DNA of 64,000 nucleotides, taken from Candidatus Kapaibacterium sp. Its GTDB lineage: Bacteria; Bacteroidota; Ignavibacteria; Kapaibacteriales; UBA2268. A program made the position numbers and the translations under genes. Of the stretch, positions 50,526-62,000 are shown piece by piece. Each line of letters starts with the position of its first letter. The first letter of the stretch is position 1. The notes beneath the pieces were generated by a model. That model was not told where the DNA came from. It did not search any database and worked only from the letters and a program-made list of their open reading frames with translations. The stretch lies in contig OY762428.1 of the NCBI GenBank assembly GCA_963665665.1, positions 5,376,001 to 5,440,000 of the forward strand, read 5' to 3'.

Positions 50526-52577
50526 TCAGTCGAAAAAGCTCCAGGAAACAGTCAGACGGAAATTTCTGCCGGCCTGGGGATAAACAGGAACGTAATACCA
50601 GCACTGATCCAACAGGTTCCTAAACATTAGCCTTAGAAAAGCATTGCCAAGCCTCATCTCGGCAAAAGCATTGATTCCATTGTTGGATGTGTTGTATTCT
50701 ACATCATTATTAAAATAAGAGCGGGTCATTGGAAAAAAGTAAAGTCCGTTTTGCGGCCCGAGAACATATATTTCGGCACCGAGGTTCATTACACTCTGGC
50801 CTGAAAATGCCTGATACCATAGTTTTCCTCCGCCGTGGAAAACAGGAAACATCCCGTTATCCCTGGAAAGAGTCTGCGAATAGTTAAAACCACCTTTTAA
50901 AGAAATCATCAGTCGTCCGTCATCGATAATTTTGATGATTCTGAAATTATCAAACAGTTGTGTACTTAGTGAAATATTGCCACCGAGAATTTCCTGCCTA
51001 CCTCCGTTATAAACGTTTGTAGAAACAATATTTCCGGCATCATTAACTGTTCCGGCAAAAATCAAAGGATCTGAAATAAGCCTGTAAAAAACACCTGCTG
51101 AAACCTGAAATTCACCCGATTTGTAATCGGCTCCTGCCAAAATTAAAAAATGAGATTCCTTGTCAGGCTGTTGCTTCCAAACCGGGGAAGGAGCATTTTC
51201 CGATAATGAAATATCACCGTGAAAAGTCATATTTTCAATGAGGTCAGTTGAAATCCTGCCGCCCATAGAAACAACAGGAATATCATTCACAAAACTGTGC
51301 CTGTACCCACCGCTGATTTTAATATTATTAACAGGCATCAGTTCCCCGCGGAAAAATGCGCTGATCTTGCTGCCGGAAGATTCATTGTAATATGGTGATC
51401 CTGGAAAATCATAATACATGATATTTCCCCCGGCAGTGAGTTTTATCATATCAAATATCCCCTGTTCCAGCCTGCCGCTCACACCAAGATAATTCGTGCG
51501 ATATTTGTAGTAATTTGTTGTGTCATAGTAATCAATCAGAAAAGCATCATCCCTGGAACGATTCCATTCTGCTGTTGTAAAATATGGCTGAATACAAAAT
51601 GCTGAAGATGAGTCTTTGCTAAGAAATCTTGAGAAACTCAAAGTCAGATCATGCCGGTAAATTCTTTCATTAACACCCGACATTATTTCATTCGCGCTAA
51701 TATCCTCGCAATAGTCAATCGAAGCCGGGTCAATTCCGCCAAAAAGTTCGGTTTTATAATTAGTAAAAATTTCCGTCAGGGAAATACTTGTCTGATCATC
51801 AGGATTCCAACGCAAAATACCACGAATATTCCAGGAATCATATTCTGAATTATCATACCGGCCATCAGAGGAACTTCCCCTGAAACCAAATGTAAAATTC
51901 CAGTTTTTCCTGAAGTTCTGACTGTAAATACCATCAGTGGAGATAAATTCATACCCGTCCTGAGCAATCCATAATCGTGTATATGGTTTCCCGGTATTAT
52001 ACCTAATTTCCTGAATATTGATAAATGCTCCCGAAGAATTATCAGAAAATATTACGGCATCTGAGCCGGTAAATATCTCAATACTCTCAAAAAACTCAGG
52101 GGCTATCATGCCGGGATCAAAAGAATTAAATTGAATATCAGTTATTGGCCTGCCGTTAAAAGCAAATGAATTCGATCCTGGCAAAGCACCGTTGGCCGAA
52201 AAATGATTAAACTGTCCCCACATCCCAAGGGACAATGGGAAAAAAATGGTTTTATCATAAATTATGTCAGAAAATTCGGTATATGGAATAAATTCGAGAC
52301 CTCTTTTGCTTACCTTTTCTCCGGAAGAGCTATCGGTCATCAGGAAAGCCCCATGCCTTAGAAGAGGAAATGCCGGAGGAATTGTATCAATTTTTTTATC
52401 TGCATTGCTTGTATCAACTTCATTTTTAATATCAAGACTGTCGCTGGAAATCTTCAGGCTATCAGGTTTGAGGGATACTTTTTGCTTGCTTTTTCCACTT
52501 GCGGCATTCAGGTCAACTTTCTGCCCTAAAACAGGCAGAATACCAACTATCAGTAATATGATTATATATTTCAGCAA
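50526..52577 (-). CDS. TonB-dependent-receptor-like / putative porin outer-membrane protein
   Basis: Signal peptide; plug-like FNGRPI...ESIEIFTGS...GAFINI; barrel ending RNLLD...GRNFRLTVSWSFFD. Confidence 0.72.
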   Translation of the reverse strand: MLKYIIILLIVGILPVLGQKVDLNAASGKSKQKVSLKPDSLKISSDSLDIKNEVDTSNADKKIDTIPPAFPLLRHGAFLMTDSSSGEKVSKRGLEFIPYTEFSDIIYDKTIFFPLSLGMWGQFNHFSANGALPGSNSFAFNGRPITDIQFNSFDPGMIAPEFFESIEIFTGSDAVIFSDNSSGAFINIQEIRYNTGKPYTRLWIAQDGYEFISTDGIYSQNFRKNWNFTFGFRGSSSDGRYDNSEYDSWNIRGILRWNPDDQTSISLTEIFTNYKTELFGGIDPASIDYCEDISANEIMSGVNERIYRHDLTLSFSRFLSKDSSSAFCIQPYFTTAEWNRSRDDAFLIDYYDTTNYYKYRTNYLGVSGRLEQGIFDMIKLTAGGNIMYYDFPGSPYYNESSGSKISAFFRGELMPVNNIKISGGYRHSFVNDIPVVSMGGRISTDLIENMTFHGDISLSENAPSPVWKQQPDKESHFLILAGADYKSGEFQVSAGVFYRLISDPLIFAGTVNDAGNIVSTNVYNGGRQEILGGNISLSTQLFDNFRIIKIIDDGRLMISLKGGFNYSQTLSRDNGMFPVFHGGGKLWYQAFSGQSVMNLGAEIYVLGPQNGLYFFPMTRSYFNNDVEYNTSNNGINAFAEMRLGNAFLRLMFRNLLDQCWYYVPVYPQAGRNFRLTVSWSFFD

Positions 52578-53000
52578 TTAAATATTCAACAGAAGTATTA
52601 TAACAAATAATGGTATCAGAGGGAGCAGAACCGAGAAAATTGTAATTTTTATTACTTTCGTCCGGGACCCGGCATTGATGAAACGCTGCCAGGGAACAAA
52701 CGGCCAGTAGTGTAGTGCTTTTCTCATCGTAGTTGAAGCAAAAACAAGATATATGGCAGATGAAAAGTAAAAAGAATATTCAAGTTCCTTAGGTATCATG
52801 AAGATATTATAATAAAAAAGAAAAGAAATCAAGAATAAAACTAATTTCAAAATTGTCGGGTGAATTTTTGCTCTGATATTTTTCCAGAAATCAAATTTGA
52901 GCTTATAAATCAGGCTCATTGTTGCAATTGAATTAAAAAATGTCAGCGCAAACAGAAATGCCCAAAGAAAAATTAAACTCATCAAATCATTATCAAACAC
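52578..53000 (-). CDS. Hypothetical membrane protein (about 4 TM)
   Basis: Four hydrophobic segments; abuts the downstream receptor gene. Confidence 0.6.
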   Translation of the reverse strand: MFDNDLMSLIFLWAFLFALTFFNSIATMSLIYKLKFDFWKNIRAKIHPTILKLVLFLISFLFYYNIFMIPKELEYSFYFSSAIYLVFASTTMRKALHYWPFVPWQRFINAGSRTKVIKITIFSVLLPLIPLFVIILLLNI

Positions 53001-53153
53001 TTTGCCCTCAATATCATTTCATCAATCTTTCAATATACTGAAAATGCAGTTAAAGATAAATGAAAATGTAAAATCAATAGTTATTATCAATATTATTGAC
53101 AGATATATATTTTGTTTTATTCACATAGCCGGCAAATCAAAATAGACATTACG

Positions 53154-53180
53154 AAAAAAGCCCGACAAACGCCGGGCTTT
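53154..53180 (-). terminator. Terminator after dsbD
   Basis: aaaaaagcccg-acaaacgc-cgggcttt. Confidence 0.7.
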
Positions 53181-53202
53181 ATAACAAATTTTTCGATTTC
53201 AA

Positions 53203-55620
53203 CTATTTGTGAAAATCATCAATACCATCCTGCAGGAATTTAACAAATTCCTGTTCATCCCTTGTAAACTCACGTGTTCCAAGTGTTTTTTCGTCAATAG
53301 TCTGAATTACATAAAGCGGCTGTGCAATAGTATTGAACCTTTCAAGCTGCATTTTCTTATATGCATCGCTTTTAGGTGTTTTCCTGTCTGTATAAATCCT
53401 GACACGAACCATTTGCTCAAGCCTTGATTTCACGTTATTACGCGGGAACATATTTAGTTCCATCCAGCGGCAGTTTGTGCAGGTAATTCCGGTAAAATCA
53501 ATAAAGAGTGGTTTATTCTCCTTCTTAGCGGCTTCAAGGGCCGGTTCATAATCCGAATACCAGAAAAGCTCTTCATGGCCACCGTTGGATTTTGATACTG
53601 CTCCTACTGCTGCTGCTGAAACAACAGCTTCATCTCCGTCACTCATCAGCATTTCATAATCGGGTGGTGGAAGAAAAGCATCAAGTTCACCAAGCGGTTT
53701 ACCAATCAGGCCCACAGCAAGATAGAATGTAATTGTAGTAAAGAAAATTGCAAAAAGAATCCTTGGTGTTCCTATCGAATCAACAGGAGAGTCATGACTA
53801 AGACGGAAAATACCGAGCGTATAGAGTACTATAAGTACTGTACAAGCAATCCATATAGCAAGGAAAATCTCCCTCGGGATAATTCCCCAGCGCCATACCA
53901 GGTCAGCATTGGAAAGGAATTTAATTGAAGCTGCTATTTCCAGAAAGCCCATCACAACTTTCACGTTATTCATCCAGCCGCCTGCCTTTGGCATTTTATT
54001 CATAGCCGACGGAAATAATGCCAGAAGGAAGAATGGAGCTGCGAAAACTCCGCTGAACCCGAGCATACCGATAATCGGGTAGAACCATTCACCTCCGGAT
54101 GCGGATGCAAGAGCAGTACCCACGAAAGGCACAGTACATGTAAATGATGTCAACGAGAAAGTAAGGCCCATTAGCAGGACACTTGTTATTCCGCCTCCGC
54201 TCTGGCTCTTTTGGTTTAATTTATTCATTAGCCCGGTAGGCACCTGAATTTCAAATGCTCCAAACAGGTTCAGTGCAAATATTATAAATATTGCAGCTAT
54301 AAACATGTTAATCCAAGGATTTGTAGCAAAATCCTGGATACCTGTTGCTCCGAAGATCAAAGCAAGAATAAAACCAAGTGCTGTAAAAGTAGTAATAATA
54401 CCAAGTGTATAAACCAGAGAATCACGAAGTCCTTTGCCACCTTCTTTTTCAGCTCGCTTAGTAAAGAATGAAACTGTTATCGGAATCATTGGGAATACGC
54501 AAGGAGTTAAAAGTGCAATAGCGCCGTTTGCCATAGCAAACCATAGGAACGAAAATACGCCTTTTTTCTTTACTTGTTCAACTTCTGAACCAAATTGTGT
54601 TCCTGCTGCATGAATATCATCTTCATCAGCTTCAGCTATATACATTTCATTTTGCACAGGAGTGAAATATGATGTCGGAGGAAGACATTTTGATGTATCA
54701 CATTGCTGAAGGTAAACTTCAACTTTAACTTCGTCCTGAGCAAAATTCAGATCTTTTTTTGCTTTAACGGGAAGTTCAAATACAACTTTACCTTTATGAT
54801 AGTCTATATCCATCTCGAAACCCTTATCCATTTTGGTTTTAGGTTTCGGGGCTTTCAGATTCTTAGCATCAAATTCAACAGCATCGGCATCGGGTACGAT
54901 CTCTGTCATTGTCGGGCCGATACCTTCCGGGCTAAGCTGTTCTTTAGTACTGTATGTGTACCAATGCTCATCAAAGTTAAGAGTAACAAAAATGCTGAAC
55001 TCTTCATCTTTTTTCACTGATAATTTTGAAGGGTTTGCCTTCATATCAAATTTCTGTGATTCGTCCTGTCTTGCAGAATTTGATACTGCAACAGTTTCTT
55101 CACCTGTTTTGGAGTAATCACCTGTTTCGATATTAATATTAAAAGCTTCAGGCGGCAGGCATTTGGATGTATCGCACTGCTGCATATATGCTTCAACTGT
55201 CGGCGATTCCATAGTGAAATCAATAGCTTTTTTTGCAGTAACGGGAATCTTGAATTCAACAGTCCCATCGTAATACTCAATATCCATTTCGAAACCGGCA
55301 TCATAATGAACTTTGGGTTTCGGAGCCTGGATTTTTGTTTTGTCAAACTCAAAATATTCATCCTTTGGTACAAGCTCTGTTGTTGTAGGGCCAATACCTT
55401 CAGGGCTTAACTGTTCATTAAGAGAGTAAACGTGCCAGTGTTTCTCAAATTCCATTTTCACAAGGATAACTAACTGCTCCCCTTTTTCAACCTTCTCTTT
55501 CGATGCATAAGCTGACAGGTCAGCGTGCAGGTTAGGATTTTTAGCTGCCCAACCCGATTGCAGGAACAGCAACAAAGCCAAGACCATCAATCCGGACAAA
55601 TTTCTTAATCCTTTAAACAT
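53203..55620 (-). CDS. dsbD: Protein-disulfide reductase DsbD family with two N-terminal alpha domains
   Basis: 2x QQCDTSKCLPP; TM cysteines in LLTPCVFPMIP and SFTCTVP; thioredoxin motif DFTGITCTNC. Confidence 0.9.
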   Translation of the reverse strand: MFKGLRNLSGLMVLALLLFLQSGWAAKNPNLHADLSAYASKEKVEKGEQLVILVKMEFEKHWHVYSLNEQLSPEGIGPTTTELVPKDEYFEFDKTKIQAPKPKVHYDAGFEMDIEYYDGTVEFKIPVTAKKAIDFTMESPTVEAYMQQCDTSKCLPPEAFNINIETGDYSKTGEETVAVSNSARQDESQKFDMKANPSKLSVKKDEEFSIFVTLNFDEHWYTYSTKEQLSPEGIGPTMTEIVPDADAVEFDAKNLKAPKPKTKMDKGFEMDIDYHKGKVVFELPVKAKKDLNFAQDEVKVEVYLQQCDTSKCLPPTSYFTPVQNEMYIAEADEDDIHAAGTQFGSEVEQVKKKGVFSFLWFAMANGAIALLTPCVFPMIPITVSFFTKRAEKEGGKGLRDSLVYTLGIITTFTALGFILALIFGATGIQDFATNPWINMFIAAIFIIFALNLFGAFEIQVPTGLMNKLNQKSQSGGGITSVLLMGLTFSLTSFTCTVPFVGTALASASGGEWFYPIIGMLGFSGVFAAPFFLLALFPSAMNKMPKAGGWMNNVKVVMGFLEIAASIKFLSNADLVWRWGIIPREIFLAIWIACTVLIVLYTLGIFRLSHDSPVDSIGTPRILFAIFFTTITFYLAVGLIGKPLGELDAFLPPPDYEMLMSDGDEAVVSAAAVGAVSKSNGGHEELFWYSDYEPALEAAKKENKPLFIDFTGITCTNCRWMELNMFPRNNVKSRLEQMVRVRIYTDRKTPKSDAYKKMQLERFNTIAQPLYVIQTIDEKTLGTREFTRDEQEFVKFLQDGIDDFHK

Positions 55621-55778
55621 AATATCTTCCCATTAAGATTTAACATTACATACCTGATTTTTGGTTCTAACAGCCTGGCATTCTATTTACCATATCAGGT
55701 TTTCATTTCATAATTTTTCAATTTCAATAATCACAAAGTCGAATAAATCAAGATTATATTGCCAAGGTGTAATATAGT

Positions 55779-56804
55779 TTATTCATGATCTATAAAATAA
55801 TCAATACCCTTTCTGATAGGGAATTTTTTTCCGGCATTTCTTTGAATAGTGTCCTGAAGCTTGGTTGAAAAAGTTTTTGCAGCATCGTATCCATAGGTAC
55901 GAAGCAAATAATTCAAGGCTATTACTTCAGCAATAACAGTAATATTTTTTCCGGCAAAAATCGGAAGCTGTACATAATGAACATCAGCGTTCATCACTGT
56001 AATTTTTTCTTCATCAAGGCCGGTACGGGTATAATTTTCTTTCAAATCCCATTCTTCCAGCTCAACAATTATTTCCAGCCTTTTCTGGAATCGGATAGCC
56101 CTTATACCAAACATCTGCCTGATATCAATTATTCCAAGGCCGCGAATTTCCATAAAATGCTGTACCATACTCGTACCGGTACCCATAATTATATTTTCGC
56201 GTTTTTTTGTCAGCATTACAACATCATCGGCAACAAGCCTGTGTCCGCGTTCTATCAGGTCAAGAGCTATCTCGCTTTTTCCAATACCGCTTTTACCAAT
56301 AAACAGAATGCCTATGCCATAAACATCAACAAAGGAACCATGAATAACCGCCTGCGATGAAAACTGGTCGTCAAGATATTCCGATAGGAAGAAGGAAGCC
56401 TTTGTGGTTGTAAGTGGAGTAGTAAAGATTGCAATATTATTTTTCTTTGCTATATCAATCAACTCATCATCCAGGGGATTATCATTTGTAACAACTATAC
56501 AAGGCAGGTTATGCGAAGTAATTTGCCTGAAAGATTTCAGCCTGTCCTTCTCGGGCAGTGCATAAAGGTAATTATATTCCGTATTACCGAAAATCTGTAT
56601 CTGATCGTAATTAAAATTCCCGTAATAGCCCGTTAGAGCAAGCTGAGGCCTGTATATATTCTTATTCCGGATATGCTTGTTCAGCCCTGTATCCCCCGTA
56701 AGCGGTTTCAGCCGGGCCGGGGATTGCAACAGGGATTCAACTTCAATATCATCCGGCTTGATGATATTAAGTCTTTCAATTTGTTTTACTTTTTTTTCAG
56801 ACAT
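55779..56804 (-). CDS. hprK: HPr(Ser) kinase/phosphorylase
   Basis: RPQLALTG, HGSFVDVYG.G...GKSGIGKSE, HRLVADD, MEIRGLGII. Confidence 0.95.
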   Translation of the reverse strand: MSEKKVKQIERLNIIKPDDIEVESLLQSPARLKPLTGDTGLNKHIRNKNIYRPQLALTGYYGNFNYDQIQIFGNTEYNYLYALPEKDRLKSFRQITSHNLPCIVVTNDNPLDDELIDIAKKNNIAIFTTPLTTTKASFFLSEYLDDQFSSQAVIHGSFVDVYGIGILFIGKSGIGKSEIALDLIERGHRLVADDVVMLTKKRENIIMGTGTSMVQHFMEIRGLGIIDIRQMFGIRAIRFQKRLEIIVELEEWDLKENYTRTGLDEEKITVMNADVHYVQLPIFAGKNITVIAEVIALNYLLRTYGYDAAKTFSTKLQDTIQRNAGKKFPIRKGIDYFIDHE

Positions 56805-56911
56805 TATTCTTCTATCCGATAAATTACCCAACACGAATTTAAAAGTTACTAAATATAGAAGCATTATCCAACAAAAAATTATATACTTTTAGTAGTTGAG
56901 GCAAATTTTTT

Positions 56912-56949
56912 AAAAAAAAAGCAGGCTCCCTTTTCACCTGAAGCCTGCT
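56912..56949 (-). terminator. Terminator after the peroxiredoxin gene
   Basis: aaaaaaaaagcaggct ... agcctgct. Confidence 0.65.
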
Positions 56950-56969
56950 GATTTTCGGTCTGTATTATA

Positions 56970-57623
56970 CTACTTCTCGAGACTGCGGTATAGGAACCAC
57001 CAGTCGTAATTGTCATATTTGTCTTTTTTATAACGTGCGGCTTTAATATCTGTTGCCGGCGGGATGATCACCTTGTCGCCTATAAGTTCGTTATTTGGCC
57101 AGTTTGCCGGCATAGCCACTTTGTTTGCATCAGAAATCTGAAGCGCTTTAACCATTCTCAGTATTTCATCGAAGTTCCTGCCAAGTTCCTGAGGATAGTA
57201 AATGATAGCTCTGATCTTACCTTCCGGATCAATAACAAATACCGCTCTTACCGTGTTTGTGCCTTTTCCGGGATGGATAAAGCCGAGCCTGCTTGATACT
57301 GCCCCGTTGTCGGCAATTATCGGGAATTCAATATCCACGTCAAGGTTTTCTTTTATCCATTCAACCCATTTAATATGCGAGAATACCTGGTCTATGCTCA
57401 ACCCTACGAGTTCTGTATTTAGTTTGCGGAATTCTTCATACCTTTTCTGGAATGCTACGAATTCAGTAGTGCAAACCGGAGTAAAATCTGCGGGGTGGCT
57501 GAATAATACGAACCATTTACCTTTAAAATCGCCCGGGATTGACATTTTGCCCATTGTTGTCTGTACTTCCATTTCCGGAAATTGGTCGCCGATAAGCGGC
57601 ATCTGAAATTTTTCTTCGTTCAT
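56970..57623 (-). CDS. Peroxiredoxin (Prx6/TDXH type)
   Basis: [31 protein letters not shown]. Confidence 0.95.
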   Translation of the reverse strand: MNEEKFQMPLIGDQFPEMEVQTTMGKMSIPGDFKGKWFVLFSHPADFTPVCTTEFVAFQKRYEEFRKLNTELVGLSIDQVFSHIKWVEWIKENLDVDIEFPIIADNGAVSSRLGFIHPGKGTNTVRAVFVIDPEGKIRAIIYYPQELGRNFDEILRMVKALQISDANKVAMPANWPNNELIGDKVIIPPATDIKAARYKKDKYDNYDWWFLYRSLEK

Positions 57624-57691
57624 TGTAAAATCCTTGTAAAATGTTTAATAAAATTTGTTGTAAGTGTTATAATTAAAATATTGAGTTTTGT

Positions 57692-58168
57692 TTACTTTGT
57701 GTTAAAAGCAGAATACATCCACACAAGTTTCTCCTGTTCCCTGATGTAATCGCTTGCCATCGAGTTTGTGCCTTCGTCTTCAATTTCTGCGGATAGATCA
57801 AGAACTTTCCTTTGCTTGGCAATTAGTGTTTTCAATCCGCCGAGTATCTGCGGAATTATATCTTCTGATTTTGTCAGACCGACTGCTTCCTTTATCTCGG
57901 ATATTTCCATATAGCTGCCATAACTGTGCATTGGAGTTTCTCCAAGAGTCAGGATTCTTTCTGCTATCTCGTCGATCTTCAGTATCAGGTCGTTGTATAG
58001 TTCCTCGAATTTAACATGCAGCTCGAAGAATTTCTCGCCTTTAATATTCCAGTGAAAGCCCCTGACGTTCATGTAAAATAATTGATAGTTTGCAAGAAGG
58101 TCGTTCAGCATTTCAGCAAGTTCTTTTGATTTCTTCGAGTCAAGTCCTATATGATTAATCTGTTCCAT
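57692..58168 (-). CDS. dps: Dps family DNA-protection ferritin
   Basis: FHWNIKG..FFELHVKFEELY...DEIAERI; EKLVWM; GGAG RBS. Confidence 0.95.
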   Translation of the reverse strand: MEQINHIGLDSKKSKELAEMLNDLLANYQLFYMNVRGFHWNIKGEKFFELHVKFEELYNDLILKIDEIAERILTLGETPMHSYGSYMEISEIKEAVGLTKSEDIIPQILGGLKTLIAKQRKVLDLSAEIEDEGTNSMASDYIREQEKLVWMYSAFNTK

Positions 58169-58190
58169 TTTAAATCTCCGTTTTATTATA

Positions 58191-58601
58191 TTACTTGTTA
58201 ATATTCCCGACAATATTCAGCTTAAGTTCTTTTATTTCAAGTCCGGGAATTTGTTTTTTATTAAAATAATCAGTTAACAAAGCATTGAGTTCATCATCGT
58301 GATAATCTCTAATCTCTCCTGAATCACAGTCGTATATGTGGTGGTGGTTATCGGTAAAAGGATCATATCTCATTTTCCCCTTATCAGTTTTCACCATACA
58401 TATTATCCCTTTGTCAACAAATGTTTCGAGAGTCTTATAAATCGTTCCGACTGATATGGCAGGATTTTCATCAATCACAATTTTTGCTATCTCATCAGCC
58501 GTCGGATGAGTTTTCATGTTTTGCATCGCCTTCATAACAGCCACTCTCTGTGGCGTTATTTTTAGTCCGGCATTCCTGATTTTTTCTAAGCTCTCTTTCA
58601 T
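58191..58601 (-). CDS. perR: Fur-family regulator, probable PerR
   Basis: GLKITPQR, HPTADE, SVGTIYKTL, RYD..HHH; heads the dps-prx cluster. Confidence 0.8.
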   Translation of the reverse strand: MKESLEKIRNAGLKITPQRVAVMKAMQNMKTHPTADEIAKIVIDENPAISVGTIYKTLETFVDKGIICMVKTDKGKMRYDPFTDNHHHIYDCDSGEIRDYHDDELNALLTDYFNKKQIPGLEIKELKLNIVGNINK

Positions 58602-58998
58602 AATCAATCCTTATCAATAATCATTCTGATTTAGGATACGATATTATTTGATATTTATTTTAAATTAGTTTTTTTTTATTTTCAAAAAATAAAATTTTGA
58701 AACTGACAGCACAGCAATCTTTGGATATTTTCATTCGGCTTGTGCCGGCACTGTTCGTCTTATAATTTTCTCCTCATTCCTTTTAAAGAATCTGAATCTA
58801 ACAAATAATAAATTAATTTTTTTGGGATTTCATGCAGCTGTTTTAAAATATCGAGGATCCCAAATATTATTCATTAGCTATTAAATTTCAATAAAATACA
58901 CGGTTTTTTATTCAAAACTGATTAGAAGGATCAATTACAATAAGATTTTCCTGCATTAAAATGTTTTCTTGAAATATGGGTATTATGCTTATCCCATT

Positions 58999-59031
58999 AA
59001 AAAAAGCTGAAGTACAAACTTCAGCTTTTTT
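58999..59031 (-). terminator. Terminator after the sensor kinase
   Basis: aaaaaagctgaagt-acaa-acttcagctttttt. Confidence 0.8.
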
Positions 59032-59054
59032 ATAATTGATTACTTTTTGGGGAA

Positions 59055-62000
59055 TTAATTCAAACCACGCGGTATTCTGATACTGAAGGTAGTTCCTTTA
59101 TTTTCAACACTATCGAATTTTATCTTGCCGTTTAGTGCTTCAACAGCTCTTTTAACAATGGATAATCCAAGTCCTGTTCCGGAAATTGTCCCCACATTAG
59201 TAGATCTGAAAAAATGCTGAAAGAGATTCTTCTGATCTTTTTCCGGAATTCCTATACCCTTGTCTTTAACTTCAATTTCAACATCATTGTTGGCAGAACG
59301 TACAACAACATCAATCGGGAGCCCCTCAGGTGAATATTTCGTTGCGTTGGTAAGCAGATTTGTCAGAATATGCTGAATCATATTCGGATCGGTATGGCAA
59401 TCAATATGTTTGGATTCAGCCTGGAAATTTATTGTATGACGATTGTTATCAGCAATTTTTATTTCCTGTATCACGCTGCTGATAGCAGAATTAAGATCAA
59501 TTTTTATCGGATTGATCCTGAAAGTACCTTCTTCACTTCTACCATAAACCAGTACATCATCAAGCAGTTCTGTCATAGCTTTTACAGCTTCCTGTATCCA
59601 CCCAAGATGCTTATGATGTTCTTCCGGGTTATCTTCTTTAAAATAGTTCTCTAAAAGATAAGTAGAAGACAGTATCACTGTTAAAGGAGTTCTGTATTCA
59701 TGAGAAACCATAGAAATAAATCTTGTTTTCAGGTCATTAAGTTCTTTTTCTTTTACCAGTGCTTTTGCTGCTTCATCATTGGCAACTTTCAGTTCTTCAA
59801 GAGCTTCCTGCAATTTAGCTGTTCTGTCTATCACTCTTTGTTCTAGTTCTTTATTAAGCTCAATGATCTCATCTTCGTCGCTTTTCCTTTTTATAGCAAT
59901 AGCGATTTGATCGGATACGAACTGAAGAATTTTCTTATCTTCTTCCGAATAGCAGTTTTCGTCTTCATAATGCTGAACGACCACCGCACCAATCACATCA
60001 CTATCCACTTTCAGCGGAACCCCAAGCCATACTTTAGAAGGAGTTCCAATAAACTCAACTATCTTACTTTTTTGAAGATTCAATATATCCTTTTCTTTAA
60101 GTAAAAGCGACCTGTTGTTTCTGATAAGATAGGAAGTAAGAGTTTTACCTGCCGGGAAGGACTTGAAATTATCTTTTGTGTCCTCGAAAAAAGGCAGTGA
60201 AATTGTATCTGTATTTTCATCATAAAGAGCAATAAAGAAATTCGTTGTATCAAGAACTTTCGCCAGGTTTTTCTTTATTGATTTAAAAAACTCGAAGAGG
60301 TCTTTGCTGATATTGGTTGATTTACTTATCTCGTAGATAACATCCTTTACAAGTTCATTTTTTCTTCGGGCTGTGAAATCCCTAGTAATACCCATGACTG
60401 AAATAATATTTTCATCCTGGTCATATTCAGGGATAAGACGCCTGTTCAGCCAAAGCTCTTTGTTATGGCTATGGAAATGAAATTCTTCTTCTGAATAGTC
60501 ACCGGTAATAAATACTTTTTTAATCACATTTTCTTTAAAAATTTTGGGCAGGTCAGATTCCTGCATTTCCGATATTGTTTTACCGATAAAGTTTTCTGCC
60601 GGCAAGCCCGTAAATTCTGACACATTCTCGCTAAGAAACAAACATCTTGCATTTTTATCGAAACGGGAAATAATATCAGGAGAATTTTCTGTTATTTTCC
60701 TGTGTCTTTCTTCGCTTTCCCTAAGTGCTTCTTCTGTACGATTTCTTTCTGTAACATCCCTTGACATAGAAAGAACTTCATTATCGCCGCATTTTACCAT
60801 TCTTATTTCAAATGACCGTGGAAGTGAATTCAATTCCATTTGATATTCAAATGATTTGGGTTCATCCGATTCAATAACATCCTGAATATTCTCAATCATT
60901 TCATAAGCAAGATCGATTGGTACGAATTCACTTAAATGTTTTCCTACAAGGCTGTTCCTTTCAATTTTCAGATCTTCGATACCGGAAGTATTATGATTTA
61001 AAATAATTCCGCCACCATCAGCGTGAATCATCAAGTCCGGAATAATGTTCAGGATAAGCCTGTTCTTCTTTTCGGCCAGAATCCTGTTTTGCTCGGCATT
61101 TCTTTCAGCAGTAATATCTCTTAAAATTGTAATAACTCTGATCACTTTGCCGTTCTCTTTGATAGGGATCATTCGTATATCCATAATATACTGATAAGCG
61201 CCAATCTTATACTTTTCTTCAAAAGTAAGTATCTGTCCGGACTTAAGGACTTGTTTGAATGTTGAAGTTGCCTTTTTGCCCTGAAACTTGAATATATCCA
61301 TAAAATGGCTACCAATAATACTATCGGAATCATCCGAAATATTTGCAAATTCCCTTAATGGCCTGTTTATAAGTAAAAGCTGCATATCCGTATCACATAC
61401 ATGAATATAATCGGCCATCGAATCAATTGTGAGCCTGTATGATTCTTCAGACTGCTTGATTTTTGCGGCTGACTTGAAATGTTCTGTCATATCGCGAATA
61501 ATTCCTTCTACAGCTACCGGTTCACCATTACTGTTCCTGATCAGTTTGGAATTTGTTTCAACTAATATTTTCTTGCCATATCTGTTTTTAAGTGGAAGTT
61601 CATACTGGTTAACATAGTTTTCTTTGTAAAGCTTTTCAAGGAATTCATCCCTGTCTTCGGGATTGAAATAGAAATCCCTTCTGATATTAAGCCCGATTAA
61701 ATCATCCATGGAATCATAGCCAAAAAGTCTTAGAGCAGAAGGAGTGGTAAGTTCAATATCACCGTTCAGGTCGCATCTGTAATAAACATCTATCATATTC
61801 TCAAAAATATGCCTGTACTGCTTTTCATTTCTGATCAGTTCGTCCTGAATTTTTCTTTTCCTTAAAAAAGCCGCTGACTGACGCAGGAAAGCCTCTAATA
61901 ATTCTCTGTTTTTTAATTCATCATTTTTCCTTAATACCAGGAAAACAACCCCCTGATTAAGGGCGCCGTTCACAACGGGAAATACTATGATCTTATAAGG

